From contig JAJYJH010000012.1 in assembly GCA_021789695.1 (NCBI GenBank), forward strand, positions 4,991 to 68,990: 64,000 bases of DNA, given 5' to 3'. Numbering within the stretch: the first letter of the stretch is position 1; every line of letters starts with the position of its first letter. The notes under the pieces were generated by a model, which worked only from the letters and a program-made list of their open reading frames with translations, made no database searches and was not told the origin of the DNA. This DNA comes from a bacterium (GTDB taxonomy: Bacteria > Elusimicrobiota > Elusimicrobia > Elusimicrobiales > UBA9959). This document shows, piece by piece, positions 59,509 to 64,000 of this stretch. Both the position numbers and the translations under genes were made by a program.

Positions 59509-61575
59509 CTATTTACCGCGGACATATTTGATGTGGCTGATGCGGGTGCCGGGGAAGTAGAAACGTAGTATCTGGCGGTAGTTCTGCCCGTACTTGCCGG
59601 CGAGGCCCGCGGCGCCGCTCTGGCAAAGGCCTACGCCGTGGCCCCAGCCTCCGCCGTAGATCCAGAAGTTGCGGATCCTGCCGTCCTTGAAGCGGTCGAC
59701 TTCCAGGTCGAACAGCGTGCTTTTCAGCGAGCTGAAACCCAGCAGGTTGCGTATCAGGTTCTCCTTGTCTATGTCTACGGTACGCCTGCTGCCTACGACG
59801 CGCAGCGAGTTGACATTGCCGGACGGGGCGCGGCGCAACGGTATTATGTTGAGTACCTTCCCCACTCTGTAGTCCCTGTTGATCCGATAGGTCATGTCCT
59901 TCTCGCGGATTATCTTCAGCCAGCGGAAGTTGGAGGCGTGCTCGTAACCGGGGTAATTGCAGTTGGCCGGGGGGTCGCTGGTTATCCACAGGTGCCAGTG
60001 CCACGGGTCCAGCGGGGCTTCGGTCTTGCCCGGAGCTATGTCCGGCTTGGTGACCAGATACGGGACGTCTCCCCAGCCGGTGACTTCCTTTGAGGCCTGT
60101 ATCCACCCCCCGGAGTTGGAGTGATAGAAGGCGTAAGCGGGGCGGCCATGGTAGGTCAGGATATCGCCTTCGGTGTCTATCACGGCGCGCGTGGTCGTAT
60201 TCGCCTCTCCGTACTTGCCGTGGTAGGCCTGGCAGTGCTCGCTGTCGCAGAGATGGTAGCCCTCCTTCCGGTGCTGGCCGCCGTTCGCCATGCGTATCAG
60301 CACCTGGGTGCGGGCTATCACGGCCTGCGCCTTAAGAGCTTCATAGGGCCACTGCGGGTCCACCTCGCTGGGGACCACGCCAAGCAGGTACTGTTCCATG
60401 TCCACCACGTTCACCACGCCTATGCCGCGCGGCGGATCCGGGTAGAGCTCCACGTAACCGCGGTACTGGCGGTCGGCCGCGCGGAACCAACGGTTGCGCG
60501 TTCTGGAGGTCGCGTCGAAGATGACCGTGCCGTTCTTCTTCTCCGGGACGGCCAGGATGGGCCCGCTGAAGCGGCCGTAGACGGTGCCGTCGGCGCCTTT
60601 CAGGACCACTCGCCCGCCGTCGGCCAGCAGCGTCCAGGTCTCGTCCGGCGGGATCTCGGCGTACACCTTGCCTGTGGCCTTGCCCTTTATCGTCAGTCCC
60701 TCGAAGGACTTTAACCTCAGCAGGTTGTTGAAGCCCTGGTGGCCCATGGAGGTGGTGCCTATGCCCACGCGGATCTGGACCGACCGGGAAAGATTAGCCA
60801 GCGCGTCCACCGGTTCCATGACCAGCGGTTTGGTTATGTGGAACGGAGGGCGTATCTCCTCCGGTTGCTTGGTCAGTTTGCCTTCCAGTATCTTCATCAT
60901 CTTCGAGGCTACCGGATGCCCGGGAGCGTAATCCAGCACGCGGTAGTACTGGTTCCAGGCCTCGTTGAATTTCCCCTGTCTGACGTAGAGACCGGCAAGC
61001 GGCAGGCGGGCCTCCACGAAGGAGGGGTCCTTGCGCAGCGCCTCTATCAGCTCCTGTTCAGCCTTGGCGTACATCTTGAAGTTCATGTAGTTCCAGGCCA
61101 GGATGTAGTCCGCGCCGGCCAGGTCTGGCCGCAACTTCTTGTAGTTGGCCAGGTGCTCCAGCGTCCTGGCCTTGTCGCCGAGGTTGGAATAGACGCTGCC
61201 AAGGCCCAGTTCGGCCCGGGCGTCGCCCGGCTCCAGTCTGATGGCTGTTTCGAAGGCGGACCGGGCCCCGTTGTAGTCCGCCAAGTGGAAGCGCAGCCAG
61301 CCGAGCTCGGTGTAGATGTCGGCGTTCTGCGGGGCGCGTTCCAGGGCCCTGACCATTATGTCGGCCGCCTCGTAGTAGCGCCCGGCCTGGCGCAGGCACA
61401 TGGCCGCGTCCAGCAGCGGCTCGGGATCGGTCCGGTTATCCGCGGCCAGCAGCGTATAAGAGGAGGCGGCCCGGCTGAGGTCGCCTTTGAGATAAAGTTC
61501 GTACGGGGTTTCAGCCGGGAACGCGGCCCGGGATTGAAACAGCAGGAATAAAAGAATAAGATTGAGTTTCCGCAC
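59509..61575 (-). CDS. Secreted TPR + SpoIID/LytB domain protein (peptidoglycan lytic transglycosylase-like)
   Basis: GTG start and signal peptide, several TPRs, then 'YRG...VNVVDMEQYLLGVVPSE...EALKAQAVIART', 'CQAY', 'GGGWGHGVGLCQSGA'. Confidence 0.9.
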   Translation of the reverse strand: MRKLNLILLFLLFQSRAAFPAETPYELYLKGDLSRAASSYTLLAADNRTDPEPLLDAAMCLRQAGRYYEAADIMVRALERAPQNADIYTELGWLRFHLADYNGARSAFETAIRLEPGDARAELGLGSVYSNLGDKARTLEHLANYKKLRPDLAGADYILAWNYMNFKMYAKAEQELIEALRKDPSFVEARLPLAGLYVRQGKFNEAWNQYYRVLDYAPGHPVASKMMKILEGKLTKQPEEIRPPFHITKPLVMEPVDALANLSRSVQIRVGIGTTSMGHQGFNNLLRLKSFEGLTIKGKATGKVYAEIPPDETWTLLADGGRVVLKGADGTVYGRFSGPILAVPEKKNGTVIFDATSRTRNRWFRAADRQYRGYVELYPDPPRGIGVVNVVDMEQYLLGVVPSEVDPQWPYEALKAQAVIARTQVLIRMANGGQHRKEGYHLCDSEHCQAYHGKYGEANTTTRAVIDTEGDILTYHGRPAYAFYHSNSGGWIQASKEVTGWGDVPYLVTKPDIAPGKTEAPLDPWHWHLWITSDPPANCNYPGYEHASNFRWLKIIREKDMTYRINRDYRVGKVLNIIPLRRAPSGNVNSLRVVGSRRTVDIDKENLIRNLLGFSSLKSTLFDLEVDRFKDGRIRNFWIYGGGWGHGVGLCQSGAAGLAGKYGQNYRQILRFYFPGTRISHIKYVRGK

Positions 61576-61638
61576 GACGTCTATATCGTATGAAATTATT
61601 GGCGGATTATAGAATACGCCTCTCGATATAAAGGAGCT

Positions 61639-62208
61639 ATGCCGGAGAACCGTTCCGACGCGGAACTGATGGAGGCCTTCAGGGCCGGCGACGCCGGCGC
61701 CATGGGCTTGCTGATGGAGCGGCACAAAGCCGCCCTCTACGGTTATCTGTTGCGCCTTACCTCGCGGGCCGACGCCGCCGACGATATTTTCCAGGAGGTC
61801 TTTCTGAAATTGATCGGGAACCAGACGGCATACGGCGAAATGGAGAGGCTCAGAGCCTGGCTGTTCACGGTGGCCCGCAACGCGGCCATGGACCGCTTCC
61901 GGCGGGAGTCCGTCAGGGCGGAGTTGCCGCTGGACGGGGAGGAGGGGCGGCCCGGTCCAGCGGAGACCGCCCCCTCCTCCGAACCGGGCCCGGCGGAGGC
62001 GTTCGACAACAAGACCATGGGTGAGCGCATCGAGGCGGCGCTGGCCTCGCTCTCGGAGGAGCAGCGCGAGGTTTTCTACCTGCGGCACTACTCCGGCCTC
62101 TCGTTCAGGGAGATAGCGGCGATGCTGGAGGTGCCGATAGGGACCGTCCTGGCCAGGATGAGCCGCGCCGCGGCTCGGCTGCGCGACAAGCTGGGGGACC
62201 TGCAATAA
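61639..62208 (+). CDS. ECF-family RNA polymerase sigma factor
   Basis: 'SDAELM', 'ADDIFQEVFL', 'WLFTVARN', 'GLSFREIAAMLEVPIGTV'. Confidence 0.95.
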   Translation: MPENRSDAELMEAFRAGDAGAMGLLMERHKAALYGYLLRLTSRADAADDIFQEVFLKLIGNQTAYGEMERLRAWLFTVARNAAMDRFRRESVRAELPLDGEEGRPGPAETAPSSEPGPAEAFDNKTMGERIEAALASLSEEQREVFYLRHYSGLSFREIAAMLEVPIGTVLARMSRAAARLRDKLGDLQ

Positions 62209-62246
62209 AAAACGGGGGCTCGGCGTTGTATCTACAGGAGCCTATT

Positions 62247-62726
62247 ATGAGCTGCGAATATTCGGAAAAACTAATTCTTTACGCGTACGGCGAAGCCGGG
62301 GCGGACCTGGCGGCCGAGGTGGACGCGCATCTGGCCGGCTGTCCGGTATGCCGCGGCGAGGCGGCCGCGTTGAAGGCCGCCGGGGAATTCCTCGCGGCGT
62401 CCACTGCGGAGCCTCCCCCATGGGGCCAAGCCGCCGTCATGCGGGCGGCCAGTGAGACAGTCCCGCTCCTCCGCCGCTTCGCTTTCGGCTGGCGCGAGTT
62501 CCTTCTTTCCGGAGCTCTGGCCTCGCTCGCGGTCGTGGTCTTCTCGGTCGCAGGCCGCCGGACCTCGGCCGACCTGGCCTGGAACAGCGGGATAAATTCC
62601 AACCTGGATTCGGTGGAGTACTCCGTATACCAGGCGCAGACAGATCTCGTTTCTTCGCCGCAGGATTGGAATTACCGGTTCAGCGCGCTGGAGGACGAAG
62701 CTCTGGAACTTGGCAAGAACGTATAG
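62247..62726 (+). CDS. Zinc-binding anti-sigma factor (zf-HC2) with TM helix
   Basis: 'HLAGCPVC' (HxxxCxxC), one TM, directly after the ECF sigma gene. Confidence 0.88.
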   Translation: MSCEYSEKLILYAYGEAGADLAAEVDAHLAGCPVCRGEAAALKAAGEFLAASTAEPPPWGQAAVMRAASETVPLLRRFAFGWREFLLSGALASLAVVVFSVAGRRTSADLAWNSGINSNLDSVEYSVYQAQTDLVSSPQDWNYRFSALEDEALELGKNV

Positions 62727-62765
62727 GACGGTATTAAAACGGTATTAAACAGGAGGGCTTATATT

Positions 62766-63509
62766 ATGAAGAATGGTAAGGTGCTGTGGACGCTGGCGTT
62801 GGCGCTGGTTTTAACCCCGGCGCTGGCCGCGGCGCAAGAGGGAGCGCCCGGCGGTCAGCAGGAGGCGGGTCCGGCTGCGCAGTCGGGGCAGGCCGATTGG
62901 CGGCCAGGGCCCGGTATGGGCGGGGGCGTGGGTATGGGGCCCGGTATGGGTGGGTGCATGGGTATGGGGCCAGGTATGGGCGGGGGCGTAGGGATGGGGC
63001 ATGGCGGTATGATGCGCAATAAGATGTGGAGGCCGGGCATGGGCGGGCCAGGCTTCATGGCTATGCCGCCTGAAAAGACCTTGGCGGAGATAAAGAAGTA
63101 TGATCCGGACTTTGCCAGGAAAGTGGAGGCCCTGCGCGACAGCGAACCGGCCAAGTACATGATGGTGATGCAGATGGCCGGCAGGGCGCTGTTCGCGGCC
63201 AGGATGGACCAGAACGAGAACATGGAGCGGGACGCCGTAAAAGACCTGTCACTGGACTTTCAGAGCCGAGAACTCTCGCTGCAGTACTCGAAGGCCTCCG
63301 ACGCGGAGAAGAACGCCGTGAAGGCTAAACTGCGGGCCGTCCTTTCCGACCTCTTCGACGTCAAGAGCCGCATTCAGGAACAGCGCGTCAAGCGCATGCA
63401 GGCGGATATAGCCCGCCTGCAGAAGAGGCTGGACGTGCGCAAGGCCAACAAGAATAAAATAGTGGACCTGCGTCTTGACCAGCTTACGGGGGAGGGCTTC
63501 GGCTGGTAA
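62766..63509 (+). CDS. Periplasmic Spy/CpxP-like helical protein with Gly/Met-rich repeats
   Basis: Signal peptide, (GPGMGGxxGM)3, charged coiled-coil C-terminus. Third gene of the ECF locus. Confidence 0.65.
   Translation: MKNGKVLWTLALALVLTPALAAAQEGAPGGQQEAGPAAQSGQADWRPGPGMGGGVGMGPGMGGCMGMGPGMGGGVGMGHGGMMRNKMWRPGMGGPGFMAMPPEKTLAEIKKYDPDFARKVEALRDSEPAKYMMVMQMAGRALFAARMDQNENMERDAVKDLSLDFQSRELSLQYSKASDAEKNAVKAKLRAVLSDLFDVKSRIQEQRVKRMQADIARLQKRLDVRKANKNKIVDLRLDQLTGEGFGW
62907..62996 (+). repeat. 3 x 30-bp coding tandem repeat (GPGMGGGVGM)
   Basis: Units start at 62907, 62937 and 62967. Confidence 0.9.
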
Positions 63510-63527
63510 GACCCGACTACGTGGAAT

Positions 63528-63560
63528 AAAAACCCCGCGGCTTGGGCCGCGGGGTTTTTT
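63528..63560. terminator. Bidirectional Rho-independent terminator
   Basis: AAAAACCCCGCGGC-TTGG-GCCGCGGGGTTTTTT. Confidence 0.88.
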
Positions 63561-63607
63561 CTTACGGAGCGCGCGCGGGCCGCTCCCTTAGAGGGTCAGT
63601 TAGAGGG

Positions 63608-64000
63608 TCAGTAGGTCTTTATCTTGCTGGTGTCAAACTTGCCGACCAGGCCAGAGACCTGCGGGTTGCTCATCAGCGTTGAGAGGGTTTGCGGGTTCTG
63701 CATGGCCAGTTGCATTAGCTGTGGATTATTGTTGACGAGATCGCCGAGGGCCTGCGGGTCGGCCATCAGCTGTTGCGCTGCCGGGGTGTTCAGCAGGGCC
63801 TGCACAATGCCGCTGGAGGCCACCGCGCTCACCACGGCGGGGTTGTTAAGGGCCTCCTTGACAATAGGATTGTTTATGAAGTTGGACGGACCCGGTCCCT
63901 TGAGATAATTGGCCAGTCCCTGCGCGCTGCCGGTGGCCGCCTTTACCGAGCCGCGTGCCATGAAGCCGTCTATCATGTACTTATTGCTGAGCAGGGCGTG
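63608..64000 (-). CDS. Hypothetical protein, C-terminal part, with STI1-like NP repeats (truncated by window edge)
   Basis: Repeated 'NNPIV', 'NNPAV', 'NTPAA', 'NNPQL', 'QNPQT', 'SNPQV'. Confidence 0.55.
   Translation of the reverse strand, partial: HALLSNKYMIDGFMARGSVKAATGSAQGLANYLKGPGPSNFINNPIVKEALNNPAVVSAVASSGIVQALLNTPAAQQLMADPQALGDLVNNNPQLMQLAMQNPQTLSTLMSNPQVSGLVGKFDTSKIKTY

Noticed and set aside
59509-62205. 898-aa ORF suggesting a long N-terminal extension on the SpoIID protein
   Set aside because: The extension is the antisense of the ECF sigma gene. A signal peptide begins at GTG 61575.

Overview
GC-rich, gene-dense bacterial chromosome segment from a probable diderm (Mla system, BamE-like lipoprotein). 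Gene content and codon style are suggestive of Elusimicrobiota, but this is an inference, not a database result. Most of the window is housekeeping: rpsF-ssb-rpsR-rplI-dnaB-alr-mlaEFD-radA-PIN/TRAM-ispDF-cysS, tRNA-Gly(GCC), pyrB, PGM/PMM-metK, serS, rimO, sucCD, korAB and an ECF sigma/anti-sigma locus. It also carries three GT-C-like membrane proteins and a small accessory stretch after the tRNA. The most unusual structure is a degenerate REP-associated-type HUH/Y1 tyrosine transposase (58542-59487) bracketed by 30-bp inverted repeats. A 93-bp transposase-free element with the same ends lies 7 kb away (51103-51195). Three of the four repeat ends begin exactly at the TAG stop codon of the neighbouring convergent gene, and the fourth begins at a duplicated copy of one. 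Other notable items are a group IIC intron remnant directly behind the tRNA terminator, a 134-bp inverted-repeat element splitting mlaE/mlaF, two unrelated secreted proteins sharing an N-terminal 'FDG...E[VI]K[AT]P' leader and an upstream DNA motif, and an adenylate cyclase-RDD fusion. All calls come from reading motifs; no searches were run.
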